This document shows, piece by piece, positions 9,470 to 18,285 of a DNA stretch of 24,000 bases. Numbering within the stretch: position 1 is the first letter of the stretch; each line of letters starts with the position of its first letter. Source of the DNA: an uncultured Porticoccaceae bacterium (GTDB lineage: Bacteria > Pseudomonadota > Gammaproteobacteria > Pseudomonadales > Porticoccaceae); assembly GCA_964637045.1 (NCBI GenBank), contig CAZWUP010000001.1:1-24000 (forward strand), written 5' to 3'. Under the pieces are notes generated by a model. The model worked only from the letters and a program-made list of their open reading frames with translations. It did not search any database and was not told where the DNA came from. A program made the position numbers and the translations under genes.

Positions 9470-10798
9470 ATGGCTAGACCAGGCACCCTGCCAACGGGCG
9501 GTCAAAAAGGTTTGGGCGAGCTGTGGGCTCGCCTTCGCTTTTTGCTGCTGGCGATCGTGATCTATCGTATCGGCACCCATATTCCGGTGCCGGGCATCGA
9601 TCCAGACAAGCTGGCACACCTGTTCGATCAGAACCAGGGCACCATTCTGGGGCTGTTCAATATGTTCTCCGGGGGCGCCCTGGAGCGGATGAGTATTCTT
9701 GCCCTGGGGATCATGCCGTACATTTCGGCGTCCATCATCATGCAGCTGTTGACAGCGGTGTCCCCCACCCTGGAGCAGCTCAAGAAGGAAGGGGACGCGG
9801 GACGTCGCAAGATCTCCCAGTACACCCGCTACGGCACTGTGGTGCTGGCCCTGGTGCAGGGCACGGGGATGTCCGTGGGGCTGGCTGGCCAGGGTCTGGC
9901 CTATCTGCCGGACATGACGTTTTATGTCATTTCCATCGTGTCCCTGGTGACCGGCGCCATGTTCATGATGTGGCTGGGCGAGCAGATCACCGAGCGGGGT
10001 ATCGGCAACGGTATTTCAATGCTGATTTTCGCCGGTATCGTCGCCGGTCTGCCCTCGGCGGTCGGCCAGGCCTTTGAGTCTGCGCGGCAGGGTGATCTGC
10101 ATATTCTCACCGTGTTGGTGGTTGCGGTGCTCGCTGTTGCCATTGTGTATTTTGTGGTCTTTGTCGAGCGCGGCCAGCGGCGTATTACCGTCAACTACGC
10201 CCAGCGCCAGCAGCAGGGTCGGCGGGCGGTGGGTGGTCAGCAGCAGAGCCATTTGCCCCTCAAGGTCAATATGGCGGGGGTTATTCCGGCGATTTTTGCC
10301 AGCAGCCTGTTGCTGTTCCCGTCCACCATCGCGACCTGGTTTGGCCAGGGCGCTGATGCGCCGGACTGGCTCCAGGATGTGGCCCTGGTTCTTGGGCCTG
10401 GTCAGCCGCTGCATATTCTGCTGTTCGCGGCGCTGATCATCTTTTTCTGTTTTTTCTACACGGCGTTGATGTTCAACCCCAAGGAAATTTCGGAAAACCT
10501 GAAGCGGGGTGGCGCCTATCTTCCCGGCATTCGCCCCGGTGAGAGTACGGCGCGGTATATTGACAGTGTAGTGACCAAGCTGACGGTGGTGGGCGGCCTT
10601 TATATCGCCGGTGTTTGCCTGATGCCCCAGTTTCTCAATGTGTATTTCAATGTGCCGTTCTACCTTGGCGGTACGTCGCTGTTGATTGCGGTTGTGGTGA
10701 CCATGGATTTTATGGCCCAGGTTCAGTCCCACATGATGTCCCAGCAGTACGATTCACTGTTGAAAAAATCAAATCTAAAGGGTTTCGGCGGACGATAA
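9470..10798 (+). CDS. secY: Preprotein translocase subunit SecY
   Basis: 442 aa, a multi-pass membrane protein with ...[31 protein letters not shown]... It occupies the conserved position between rplO and rpmJ. Confidence 0.98.
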   Translation: MARPGTLPTGGQKGLGELWARLRFLLLAIVIYRIGTHIPVPGIDPDKLAHLFDQNQGTILGLFNMFSGGALERMSILALGIMPYISASIIMQLLTAVSPTLEQLKKEGDAGRRKISQYTRYGTVVLALVQGTGMSVGLAGQGLAYLPDMTFYVISIVSLVTGAMFMMWLGEQITERGIGNGISMLIFAGIVAGLPSAVGQAFESARQGDLHILTVLVVAVLAVAIVYFVVFVERGQRRITVNYAQRQQQGRRAVGGQQQSHLPLKVNMAGVIPAIFASSLLLFPSTIATWFGQGADAPDWLQDVALVLGPGQPLHILLFAALIIFFCFFYTALMFNPKEISENLKRGGAYLPGIRPGESTARYIDSVVTKLTVVGGLYIAGVCLMPQFLNVYFNVPFYLGGTSLLIAVVVTMDFMAQVQSHMMSQQYDSLLKKSNLKGFGGR

Positions 10799-10823
10799 AC
10801 CGCCCTTTGTTCGAGGTATAGCA

Positions 10824-10940
10824 ATGAAAGTTCGTGCATCAGTAAAGAAAGTCTGTCGCAATTGCAAGGTTATCAAGCGCAAGGGCGCCCTGCGGGTGAT
10901 CTGCGCCAGTGAACCAAGGCACAAGCAGCGCCAGGGCTGA
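10824..10940 (+). CDS. rpmJ: 50S ribosomal protein L36 (zinc-ribbon type)
   Basis: Not in the ORF track because it is too short. Manual translation gives [38 protein letters not shown] followed by TGA at 10938-10940. It is near-identical in pattern to enterobacterial L36, with the CxxC...C...H zinc ligands. Confidence 0.95.
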   Translation: MKVRASVKKVCRNCKVIKRKGALRVICASEPRHKQRQG

Positions 10941-10953
10941 TTAGCCGTGGCTG

Positions 10954-10982
10954 TTGATTTTGTAACCTATTGAGGCTATTAT
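10954..10982 (+). promoter_or_regulatory. Candidate sigma70 promoter of the alpha operon (P-alpha)
   Basis: TTGATT (10954-10959), a 17-nt spacer, then TATTAT (10977-10982). It lies in the 108-nt rpmJ-rpsM gap, where E. coli also carries an alpha-operon promoter. Confidence 0.55.
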
Positions 10983-10985
10983 CTT

Positions 10986-11022
10986 GCGCCTTTTTTCGCT
11001 GGGGAAAAGGCGCGGTAGCGAA
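10986..11022 (+). promoter_or_regulatory. Alpha-operon leader hairpin with pseudoknot potential (candidate S4 autoregulatory site)
   Basis: A perfect 9-bp stem pairs gcgcctttt (10986-10994) with aaaaggcgc (11005-11013). The loop hexamer ttcgct (10995-11000) is exactly complementary to agcgaa (11017-11022). The element lies about 30 nt upstream of the rpsM SD (GGAG at 11037-11040) and ATG (11049). Confidence 0.4.
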
Positions 11023-11048
11023 AATTTTAGAACAGTGGAGTAACACGA

Positions 11049-11405
11049 ATGGCCCGTATTTCCGGTGTCAACATTCCCGACAACAAGCATGCGGTAATCT
11101 CGCTGACCTATGTATTTGGGATCGGTCGGACCAAGGCGAAAGGTATTTGCAAGGCAGTGGGTGTCGCTGAAAACACCAAGATTGCCGATATCGCCGACGA
11201 CAAGATGGACGAGATCCGCAGCGAAGTCGCCAAGCACATGGTCGAAGGCGACCTTCGCCGTGAAGTGAACATGAACATCAAGCGCTTGATGGACCTGGGT
11301 TGTTACCGTGGGTTGAGGCACCGTCGTGGCTTGCCGCTGCGTGGCCAGCGCACCAAAACCAATGCGAGAACCCGTAAAGGTCCGCGCAAGCCTATCAAGA
11401 AATAA
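11049..11405 (+). CDS. rpsM: 30S ribosomal protein S13
   Basis: 118 aa, [26 protein letters not shown]... Confidence 0.98.
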   Translation: MARISGVNIPDNKHAVISLTYVFGIGRTKAKGICKAVGVAENTKIADIADDKMDEIRSEVAKHMVEGDLRREVNMNIKRLMDLGCYRGLRHRRGLPLRGQRTKTNARTRKGPRKPIKK

Positions 11406-11447
11406 GCGGGCCACACGGCTGGCACTGTAAGCAAACCAGGTATTTTT

Positions 11448-11840
11448 ATGGCTAAAGCACCGAGCAAGACAGTTCGCAAAAAAGCGAAAAGAACAGTGGT
11501 TGACGGCGTTGCGCATATTTTCGCATCCTTCAACAACACGATAATCACTATCACCGACCGCCAGGGCAACACCCTGAGCTGGGCCACTTCCGGGGGCTCG
11601 GGTTTCCGTGGCTCGCGCAAGAGCACACCGTTTGCCGCCCAGGTTGCCGCCGAGCGCGCCGGCCAGGCCGCGCAGGAGTACGGCCTGAAAAACCTCGATG
11701 TGATGGTCAAGGGCCCAGGCCCTGGTCGTGAGTCCGCTGTCCGCGCCCTGAACAATACCGGTTTCAAGATCACCAACATTACAGATGTGACGCCGATTCC
11801 CCACAATGGCTGTCGTCCGCCCAAGAAACGTCGCGTCTAA
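11448..11840 (+). CDS. rpsK: 30S ribosomal protein S11
   Basis: 130 aa, ...[46 protein letters not shown]... Confidence 0.98.
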   Translation: MAKAPSKTVRKKAKRTVVDGVAHIFASFNNTIITITDRQGNTLSWATSGGSGFRGSRKSTPFAAQVAAERAGQAAQEYGLKNLDVMVKGPGPGRESAVRALNNTGFKITNITDVTPIPHNGCRPPKKRRV

Positions 11841-11853
11841 CGAGGAACACCCC

Positions 11854-12474
11854 ATGGCAAGATATATTGGTCCTACTTGCAAGCTTTCCCGTCGCGAAGG
11901 CACCGACTTGTTTCTGAAGAGCGGCATTCGCCCTCTGGAATCAAAGTGCCGTTCCGAGAGCGCTCCCGGTCAACACGGCCAGCGTCGTGGCCGGCTCTCC
12001 GATTACGGCGTTCAGCTCCGCGAAAAGCAGAAAGTTCGCCGCCTCTACGGCATTTTGGAAAAGCAGTTCCGCGGTTACTACAAGGAAGCTGCTCGCCGCA
12101 AGGGCGCCACCGGTGAAAACCTGCTGCAGTTGCTCGAGTCCCGTCTCGACAATGTCGCCTACCGCATGGGCTTTGGTTCCACCCGCGCCGAGGCCCGTCA
12201 GTTGGTGGCCCACAATGCGATTCTGGTGAACGGCAAGAAGGTCAATATTCCTTCCTATCAGGTACAGCCCGGTGATGTGGTCGCCATTCGTGAGAAGTCA
12301 AAAAAGCAACTGCGTATCCAGTCCGCTGTGCAGCTGGCCACCCAGCGCGGTTCCTCCGATTGGCTCGAAGTCGATGCCACCAAGCTGGAAGGCTCTTTCA
12401 AGCGCATTCCAGACAGAAGTGAACTGCCTTCTGAAATCAATGAAAACCTGATCGTGGAACTGTACTCCAAGTAA
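11854..12474 (+). CDS. rpsD: 30S ribosomal protein S4
   Basis: The conserved N-terminus [24 protein letters not shown] starts at the ATG at 11854. The track ORF from 11806 adds 16 residues that overlap the rpsK 3' end, so I trimmed it. Confidence 0.96.
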   Translation: MARYIGPTCKLSRREGTDLFLKSGIRPLESKCRSESAPGQHGQRRGRLSDYGVQLREKQKVRRLYGILEKQFRGYYKEAARRKGATGENLLQLLESRLDNVAYRMGFGSTRAEARQLVAHNAILVNGKKVNIPSYQVQPGDVVAIREKSKKQLRIQSAVQLATQRGSSDWLEVDATKLEGSFKRIPDRSELPSEINENLIVELYSK

Positions 12475-12508
12475 GGTTTTACATTCGGTACATTACACAG
12501 GTAACTCT

Positions 12509-13510
12509 ATGCAATCTTCTGCGACTGAACTGCTGACACCGCGCACTATCGACGTAACAGATCTCGGTGTAAACCGCGCCAAAGTTGTTCTCGAGCCACT
12601 GGAGCGTGGCTTCGGTCACACCCTGGGTAATGCATTGCGCCGGATTCTGCTTTCCTCCATGCCGGGGTTTGCCATCACTCAGGTGGAAATCGACGGTGTC
12701 GAGCACGAGTACAGCACCCTCGAGGGCGTCCGCGAAGACGTCATCGAAATTCTGCTCAACCTGAAGGGCGTGGCCCTGGTGGTCCACGGCAAGGATGAGG
12801 TTGAAATTTCCCTCAATGCCACGGGTCCGGGTACGGTCACCGCCGGCGATATCCAGCACGACAGCTCGGTGGAGATCCGCAATCCCGATCACGTCATTGC
12901 CAATATCACCGGCAACGCCAAGCTCAATATGCGCCTGCGTGTGGAGCGCGGCCGGGGCTACCAGCCCGCCGACGCCCGCATCAGCGACGACGAGGAGACC
13001 CGCTCCATCGGCCGCCTCCAGTTGGATGCCAGCTTCAGCCCGGTGCGCCGCGTGGCCTATGTGGTGGAAGCCGCCCGTGTCGAGCAGAGAACCGACCTCG
13101 ACAAGCTGATTATCGACCTGCAAACCAATGGCACCATCGAACCCGAGGAAGCCATTCGCCGCGCAGCGACCATCCTCCAGCAGCAGTTGGCGGTATTTGT
13201 CGACTTCGAGAGCGAGCGCACCTCGGAGCCCGAGCACAAGGAAGACGAGATCGATCCTATCCTGCTGCGCCCGGTGGACGATCTCGAACTCACCGTGCGG
13301 TCCGCCAACTGTCTCAAGGCCGAGAGTATTTATTACATCGGTGATCTTATCCAGCGCACTGAAGTCGAGCTGTTGAAGACTCCAAACCTGGGCAAGAAAT
13401 CCCTTACCGAGATCAAGGACGTGCTCGCGTCCCGCGGTCTTTCCCTCGGTATGCGCCTGGAGAACTGGCCGCCGGCCAGCCTCAAGAAGCGCGAAGGCGA
13501 GAGCCTCTGA
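12509..13510 (+). CDS. rpoA: DNA-directed RNA polymerase subunit alpha
   Basis: 333 aa, ...[23 protein letters not shown]... in the N-terminal domain and ...[14 protein letters not shown]...[16 protein letters not shown]... in the C-terminal domain. Confidence 0.98.
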   Translation: MQSSATELLTPRTIDVTDLGVNRAKVVLEPLERGFGHTLGNALRRILLSSMPGFAITQVEIDGVEHEYSTLEGVREDVIEILLNLKGVALVVHGKDEVEISLNATGPGTVTAGDIQHDSSVEIRNPDHVIANITGNAKLNMRLRVERGRGYQPADARISDDEETRSIGRLQLDASFSPVRRVAYVVEAARVEQRTDLDKLIIDLQTNGTIEPEEAIRRAATILQQQLAVFVDFESERTSEPEHKEDEIDPILLRPVDDLELTVRSANCLKAESIYYIGDLIQRTEVELLKTPNLGKKSLTEIKDVLASRGLSLGMRLENWPPASLKKREGESL

Positions 13511-13587
13511 GGTTAGTATTGAATTGAGGCCGACTCCGGTCGGGGCAAACAACATTGCTGCGATAGCAACAGTTACAGGACATAGCC

Positions 13588-13983
13588 ATGCGTCACCGTT
13601 ATAGTGGAAGAAAACTCAACAAGACAGGTACCCACCGTCGCGCCATGTTTCGCAACATGATCGCCTCCCTTGTTGAGCACGAAGTTATCAAGACCACCCT
13701 GCCCAAGGCCAAGGAGCTGCGCACCTTTGCCGAGCCCATGATCACCCTGGCCAAGACCGACAGCGTCGCCAATCGCCGCCTGGCGTTTGACCGCCTGCGC
13801 AGCAAGCAGGCGGTGGGCAAGCTGTTCACGGACCTGGGTCCCCGCTACCAGGCGCGTCCCGGCGGTTATATCCGTATTCTCAAATGCGGCTACCGCACCG
13901 GTGACAAGGCGCCCATGGCCTATGTGGAGCTGGTGGATCGGCCGGCCGACGCCGTCGCCCATGAAGTGTCAGACGACGAATAA
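13588..13983 (+). CDS. rplQ: 50S ribosomal protein L17
   Basis: 131 aa, [24 protein letters not shown]... Last gene of the alpha operon. Confidence 0.98.
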   Translation: MRHRYSGRKLNKTGTHRRAMFRNMIASLVEHEVIKTTLPKAKELRTFAEPMITLAKTDSVANRRLAFDRLRSKQAVGKLFTDLGPRYQARPGGYIRILKCGYRTGDKAPMAYVELVDRPADAVAHEVSDDE

Positions 13984-13993
13984 GCCGCTGTCT

Positions 13994-14034
13994 GGACAAT
14001 AAAAAAGCCGACCATGTCGGCTTTTTTATTGTCC
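13994..14034. terminator. Bidirectional intrinsic terminator shared by rplQ (+) and apaH (-)
   Basis: A perfect palindrome pairs ggacaataaaaaagccgac (13994-14012) with gtcggcttttttattgtcc (14016-14034) around a 3-nt loop. Read from either strand, the GC core gccgac/gtcggc is followed by a T6 run. Confidence 0.85.
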
Positions 14035-14835
14035 GCAGGAAAGGTGGTGGTAGTGTTCGTTGGCGAGGGACATCAGGCGCAGGCGCCCGCCCCACACGCA
14101 GCCGGTGTCGAGGGCAAACAGGTCGGGCTCCGGGGTAACCCCGTTGAGGGAGGCCCAGTGGCCGAATACGATCTTCGCGCCCCGAGTCCTTCTCTCCCGA
14201 TGGGCGAACCACGGCAGATAGCCGACGGGACCTGTGGCGGGGTTTTGCTTGCTCGCCAGATCCAGGGTGCCATCGCCAGTGCAGTAGCGCATGCGGGTCA
14301 GATAGTTGGTGATACAGCGCAGGCGGCTGCTGCCCTCCAGATCGTCAGCCCATCGCCTCGGCTCATTGCCATACATTTCCCGGAAAAAGGCCTTGCTTGG
14401 CCCCGCGGCGGCCAGCGCCCCTTCCACCTCCCGGGCATGGGCGGCGGCGTCGGCGATGGACCACTGGGGGGGGATGCCGGCGTGCACCATGGTGTAATCC
14501 CCGTGCTGTAGCAATAGCGGTTGGGGCTGCAGCCAGTGGAGGATCCGCTGGCGATCCGGGGCGTTGAGGATCTCCCCCAGGGTGTCCTTGTGGGTGGGAG
14601 CGCGGAGGCCGCGAGCCACTGCAAGCAGGTGGAGGTCGTGGTTGCCGAGCACGGTGCGGAAGCTGTCCCCCAGGGACATGCAGTAACGCAGGGTTTCCAG
14701 GGACTGGGGGCCGCGATTGACCAGGTCGCCCACTGCCCACAGGTCGTCTGCCCCGGGGTTGAAGTGAACCTGGTGGAGCAGCTTCTCCAGGCACGAGAAG
14801 CAGCCCTGGATGTCGCCGACGACATAGACAGTCAC
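14026..14835 (-). CDS. apaH: Bis(5'-nucleosyl)-tetraphosphatase, symmetrical (Ap4A hydrolase)
   Basis: 269 aa with calcineurin-like phosphoesterase motifs: VVGDIQGC, GDLVNRGP, GNHD, and GH near the C-terminus. It has ApaH-like length and lies downstream of apaG, as in the E. coli ksgA-apaG-apaH arrangement. Confidence 0.93.
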   Translation of the reverse strand: MTVYVVGDIQGCFSCLEKLLHQVHFNPGADDLWAVGDLVNRGPQSLETLRYCMSLGDSFRTVLGNHDLHLLAVARGLRAPTHKDTLGEILNAPDRQRILHWLQPQPLLLQHGDYTMVHAGIPPQWSIADAAAHAREVEGALAAAGPSKAFFREMYGNEPRRWADDLEGSSRLRCITNYLTRMRYCTGDGTLDLASKQNPATGPVGYLPWFAHRERRTRGAKIVFGHWASLNGVTPEPDLFALDTGCVWGGRLRLMSLANEHYHHLSCGQ

Positions 14836-14848
14836 TGGATCTTGCCCC

Positions 14849-15220
14849 TCAGTTGACGATCCCGGGTACCGCCAGCAGAAAGGCCTTGATGGGGGCGGTA
14901 AACTGGCTTTTGTCCATGGCCTCCATCTGGTAGGACCCCTCCATGGTGCCCACCAGGGTATCCAGCACAGCGTAGCTGGAGTAGTGGTAGTTGGCGCCGG
15001 GCTTGATCACCGGCTGCTCGCCAATGACCCCCAACCCCTTCACCTCGCGGCGGGTGCCATTGCCGTCGGTAATGATCCAGTGGCGGCTGATGAGTTTGGC
15101 CGCCTCGCTACCGGTATTGGCAATGGTGACATGGTAGGCAAAGGTGTATTTATCCTTGTCCGGCTGGGACTGGGCCACCAGGTACTCGGGTTTTACGCTG
15201 ACGCGGATTTCTGCACTCAT
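14849..15220 (-). CDS. apaG: ApaG (DUF525) protein
   Basis: 123 aa, ...YTFAYHVTIANTGSEAAKLISRHWIITDGNG...GVIGEQPVIKPG...YHYSS... Typical ApaG, in a conserved position between rsmA and apaH. Confidence 0.92.
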   Translation of the reverse strand: MSAEIRVSVKPEYLVAQSQPDKDKYTFAYHVTIANTGSEAAKLISRHWIITDGNGTRREVKGLGVIGEQPVIKPGANYHYSSYAVLDTLVGTMEGSYQMEAMDKSQFTAPIKAFLLAVPGIVN

Positions 15221-16005
15221 CTCTGCTGGTCCAACTCGTTGCTCAGGGTGACAAACTGGGAAATGGTAAGCACCTCGGGGCGAAGGGACAGATCGATGCT
15301 CAACACATTGAGATCCCAGTCCCCGGGCAGTTGCTTGAGGGTGTTGCGCAGGGTTTTTCGCCGCTGCTGAAAAGCTGTTTTAACCAGAGTCTCGAAAAAT
15401 CTGTTATCCCTTGCCCGTTGCTCGCTATCCGGCCTGGGAATCAGGCGCACGATGGCGGACTCCACCTTGGGGACCGGGCGAAATGCACTCGCTGGCACGT
15501 TGAACAGGTGACATACCTCACAGTAGTACTGAACGATAACACTTAACCGGCCATAGGTCTTGCTGCCCGGGGCCGCCGCCATTCTGTCCACCACCTCCTT
15601 TTGCAGCATAAAGTGCATGTCCCGGATCCCACTGGCGTAGTTCAGCAGGTGAAACAGCAGGGGTGTGGAGATATTGTAGGGCAGGTTGCCCACCACCCGC
15701 AGGGGTTGTGGGAGCTGGCTGAAATCGAACGCCAGGGCGTCCCCCAGGTGGAGGACAAAGCCGCTGTTGTCGGCAAACCTGCGGCCCAGCAGGGCGGCCA
15801 GGTCGCGATCCACCTCCACCGCATGCAAGCGCCCGCCACGGGCCAGGAGCGGACCTGTGATGGCGCCCTGGCCGGGGCCGATCTCCACCAGGTTGTCCCC
15901 GGGAGCCGGTCGTATGGCGGCGATAATATTGTCCACCACCTGGGTGTCCACCAGGAAGTTCTGGCCAAAACGCTTGCGCGCCTGATGATTGTCGATCTGG
16001 TTCAC
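15217..16005 (-). CDS. rsmA: 16S rRNA (adenine1518/1519-N6)-dimethyltransferase
   Basis: 262 aa with a GTG start, ...[12 protein letters not shown]... and the SAM motif [12 protein letters not shown]... KsgA/RsmA family. GTGA overlap with the pdxA stop and ATGA overlap with the apaG start. Confidence 0.95.
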   Translation of the reverse strand: MNQIDNHQARKRFGQNFLVDTQVVDNIIAAIRPAPGDNLVEIGPGQGAITGPLLARGGRLHAVEVDRDLAALLGRRFADNSGFVLHLGDALAFDFSQLPQPLRVVGNLPYNISTPLLFHLLNYASGIRDMHFMLQKEVVDRMAAAPGSKTYGRLSVIVQYYCEVCHLFNVPASAFRPVPKVESAIVRLIPRPDSEQRARDNRFFETLVKTAFQQRRKTLRNTLKQLPGDWDLNVLSIDLSLRPEVLTISQFVTLSNELDQQR

Positions 16006-16967
16006 GAGTGTGCCTCGGCCATGGTGTGTGCCCAGTGGATGGCTTCAGCGAGGCTGCCGCTGTCACCCCGGCCAGTGCCGGCCAGGTCCAGAGCGGTACC
16101 GTGGTCCACGGAGGTGCGGATAATGGGCAACCCAAGGGTGATGTTCACTGCCCGGCCAAAGCCCTGGTATTTAAGCACCGGCAGGCCCTGATCGTGGTAC
16201 ATGGCCAGCACCGCATCGCCGTCCCTGAGGTTGTTGGGTGTGAACAGGGTGTCGGCGGGAAAGGGGCCGCCAACATCGATCCCTTCACTGCGCAACTGCT
16301 CCAGAGCGGGGATGATGATATCGATTTCCTCCCGTCCCAGGTGGCCGCTCTCACCGGCGTGGGGGTTGAGGCCGCAGACCAGTATCCGCGGTGACGGCAG
16401 GGCAAATTTTGCCTTCAGGTCCGCGGCCAGGATTCGCGTAACCGCCATCACCAGCTCCCCCGTGATGGCGTCGGCCACCGACCGCAGGGGCAGGTGGGTG
16501 GTCACCAGGGCGACCCGGAGTTGGCGGGTGGCGAGCATCATCACCACCAGTGGTGTTGCCGTGAGGGCCGCCAGATACTCGGTGTGGCCGCTGAAGGGCA
16601 TCCCGGCGTCGTTGATAACCGCCTTGTTCACCGGCCCGGTCACCAGGCCCGCGACCCGGCCCTGCTGACAGTCAGCTACCGCGTGATCAAGGGTGGCGAG
16701 CACATAGTGGGCATTGGCAGGGTCCAGGCGGCCGGGGACTGCCGGTCGGGCCAGGGGGACAGGGTGAATGGCGAGTTCGCCAGCGGCAGTAGGCCGGCCA
16801 TCGGGATCCTTGAGGCGAAGAGGGAGACCGAGGAGCCGCGCCCGGCTGGTGAGCAGGTCGGGGTCGGCATAGGCCACCAGCTCGCAGGCCTGGGGCGCCT
16901 GGGCCAGGCGCAGCAGAAGGTCGGGACCTATGCCCGCCGGTTCCCCCGGAGTGACTGCCAGGCGCAT
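16002..16967 (-). CDS. pdxA: 4-hydroxythreonine-4-phosphate dehydrogenase
   Basis: The conserved PdxA N-terminus [17 protein letters not shown] begins at 16967. HTEYL and GLNPHAGE motifs are present. The track ORF extends 60 codons further, into the surA 3' end, so I trimmed it. Confidence 0.93.
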   Translation of the reverse strand: MRLAVTPGEPAGIGPDLLLRLAQAPQACELVAYADPDLLTSRARLLGLPLRLKDPDGRPTAAGELAIHPVPLARPAVPGRLDPANAHYVLATLDHAVADCQQGRVAGLVTGPVNKAVINDAGMPFSGHTEYLAALTATPLVVMMLATRQLRVALVTTHLPLRSVADAITGELVMAVTRILAADLKAKFALPSPRILVCGLNPHAGESGHLGREEIDIIIPALEQLRSEGIDVGGPFPADTLFTPNNLRDGDAVLAMYHDQGLPVLKYQGFGRAVNITLGLPIIRTSVDHGTALDLAGTGRGDSGSLAEAIHWAHTMAEAHS

Positions 16968-16980
16968 GGTGTGGCGCTGA

Positions 16981-18282
16981 TCAGAGTTTGATTTCGACGT
17001 AGGCCTTGTCCCGTATTTCCTGCAACCACAGCTGCAGCTCCTCGTCGAACTTCCGCTGACGGAGGATGTTCTCGGCCTGGGCGCGCTTGATGTCTTCGCT
17101 GAAATCCTGGTTTCTGCGCTCGGTGACTTGCAGGATGTGCCAGCCAAACTGGGTGCGAAACGGATCGGAGACGATATTCAGCGGCATGTTGTTCAGCACT
17201 TCCTCGAACTGGGGTACAAATTTCCCCGGCAGGGACCAGCCCAGCTCGCCGCCACTGAGGGCCGAGCCGATATCCTCCGAGTGCTGCCGTGCCATTTCCG
17301 CAAAGTCGGCACCGTTGCGGATCTGTTCGGCGATCTTCTCTAGCTCGATACGGCTGACCTCGTCGTCGCGAATCTCGTTGGGCTTGAGGAGAATATGGCG
17401 GACGAAACTTTGGGTAATCACCTGCTTTTCGGCGCCGCGGCGATCGTAGAGCTTGAGCAGGTGAAAGCCGGCATCACTGCGAATGGGGGCGGAGACGTCG
17501 CCGGGCTGAAGCTCACGGACCACGGGGACGAAGACCTCCGGCAGCTGGGTAGACCTGCGCCAGCCCAGGTCGCCCCCCTGGAGGGCGCTCTGGTCGGCGG
17601 AGTTGGCAATGGCCAGCTGACGGAAGTCGGCACCGTCCCGCAACTCGGCAAGCAGGCCTTCGACCCTGGCCTGGGTGGCTGCGATCTCCTCGGCGCTGGC
17701 GGCGGGGGACAGGGGAATCAGAATATGACCCAGGGCCACTTCGGGGGAGTTCCACACCTGGGCTTCTTCGGACGCCAGGAAGTTGTCGATCTCCTGATCG
17801 GTGACCACGATGCGGCGGTTGACCTGGGCCTCCTGGACCTGGTTGATCATCATCTCCATCATCATCTGCTCCTTGATGACCTCAATGGACATGCCTTCCT
17901 GGGCGGCCTGGGCGATAAAGTCGTCGGTGGTCATACCCTGTTGACGGGCGATGCGGGCCACCGCCTGGTTGAGTTCGGAGTCGGAGATGCGGATGCCGCC
18001 CCGCAGGGCCATGGCAATCTGGATGCGTTCCTGGATCAGCCGGTCCAGAACCTGGGGCGCCAGCACCTCCCGGGGGGGCGGTTCGGTGCCCGACTGCTTG
18101 ATGCGGGCGTGGATGGTTTCCACCCGCTCGTTGAGTTCGCTGGCCATCACCACATCGTTGTCGACCACGGCGACGACACTGTCGAGGAGGCGGATTTCCG
18201 CCAGGGCGGGGAGGGCGAGCAGTGCCGCGGCAAGGGTGATGCAGCAGCGGACGAAAGCGTGATTGAGAGAATTTTTAAACAT
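16981..18282 (-). CDS. surA: Periplasmic chaperone / peptidyl-prolyl isomerase SurA
   Basis: 433 aa with an N-terminal signal peptide (...[12 protein letters not shown]), a SurA N-domain and two parvulin-like segments (...ASHILI-type HILIPL..., HILLKP...). It lies between lptD and pdxA as in E. coli and Pseudomonas. Confidence 0.95.
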   Translation of the reverse strand: MFKNSLNHAFVRCCITLAAALLALPALAEIRLLDSVVAVVDNDVVMASELNERVETIHARIKQSGTEPPPREVLAPQVLDRLIQERIQIAMALRGGIRISDSELNQAVARIARQQGMTTDDFIAQAAQEGMSIEVIKEQMMMEMMINQVQEAQVNRRIVVTDQEIDNFLASEEAQVWNSPEVALGHILIPLSPAASAEEIAATQARVEGLLAELRDGADFRQLAIANSADQSALQGGDLGWRRSTQLPEVFVPVVRELQPGDVSAPIRSDAGFHLLKLYDRRGAEKQVITQSFVRHILLKPNEIRDDEVSRIELEKIAEQIRNGADFAEMARQHSEDIGSALSGGELGWSLPGKFVPQFEEVLNNMPLNIVSDPFRTQFGWHILQVTERRNQDFSEDIKRAQAENILRQRKFDEELQLWLQEIRDKAYVEIKL

Positions 18283-18285
18283 GAA

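Noticed and set aside
14014-14511. 165-aa + strand ORF, and nested - strand ORFs at 14298-14825 and 14363-14794, within the apaH locus.
   Set aside because: These are alternative frames or the antisense of a well-supported ApaH CDS with intact metallophosphatase motifs. The Pro/Arg/Gly-rich translations are typical off-frame products of GC-rich sequence.
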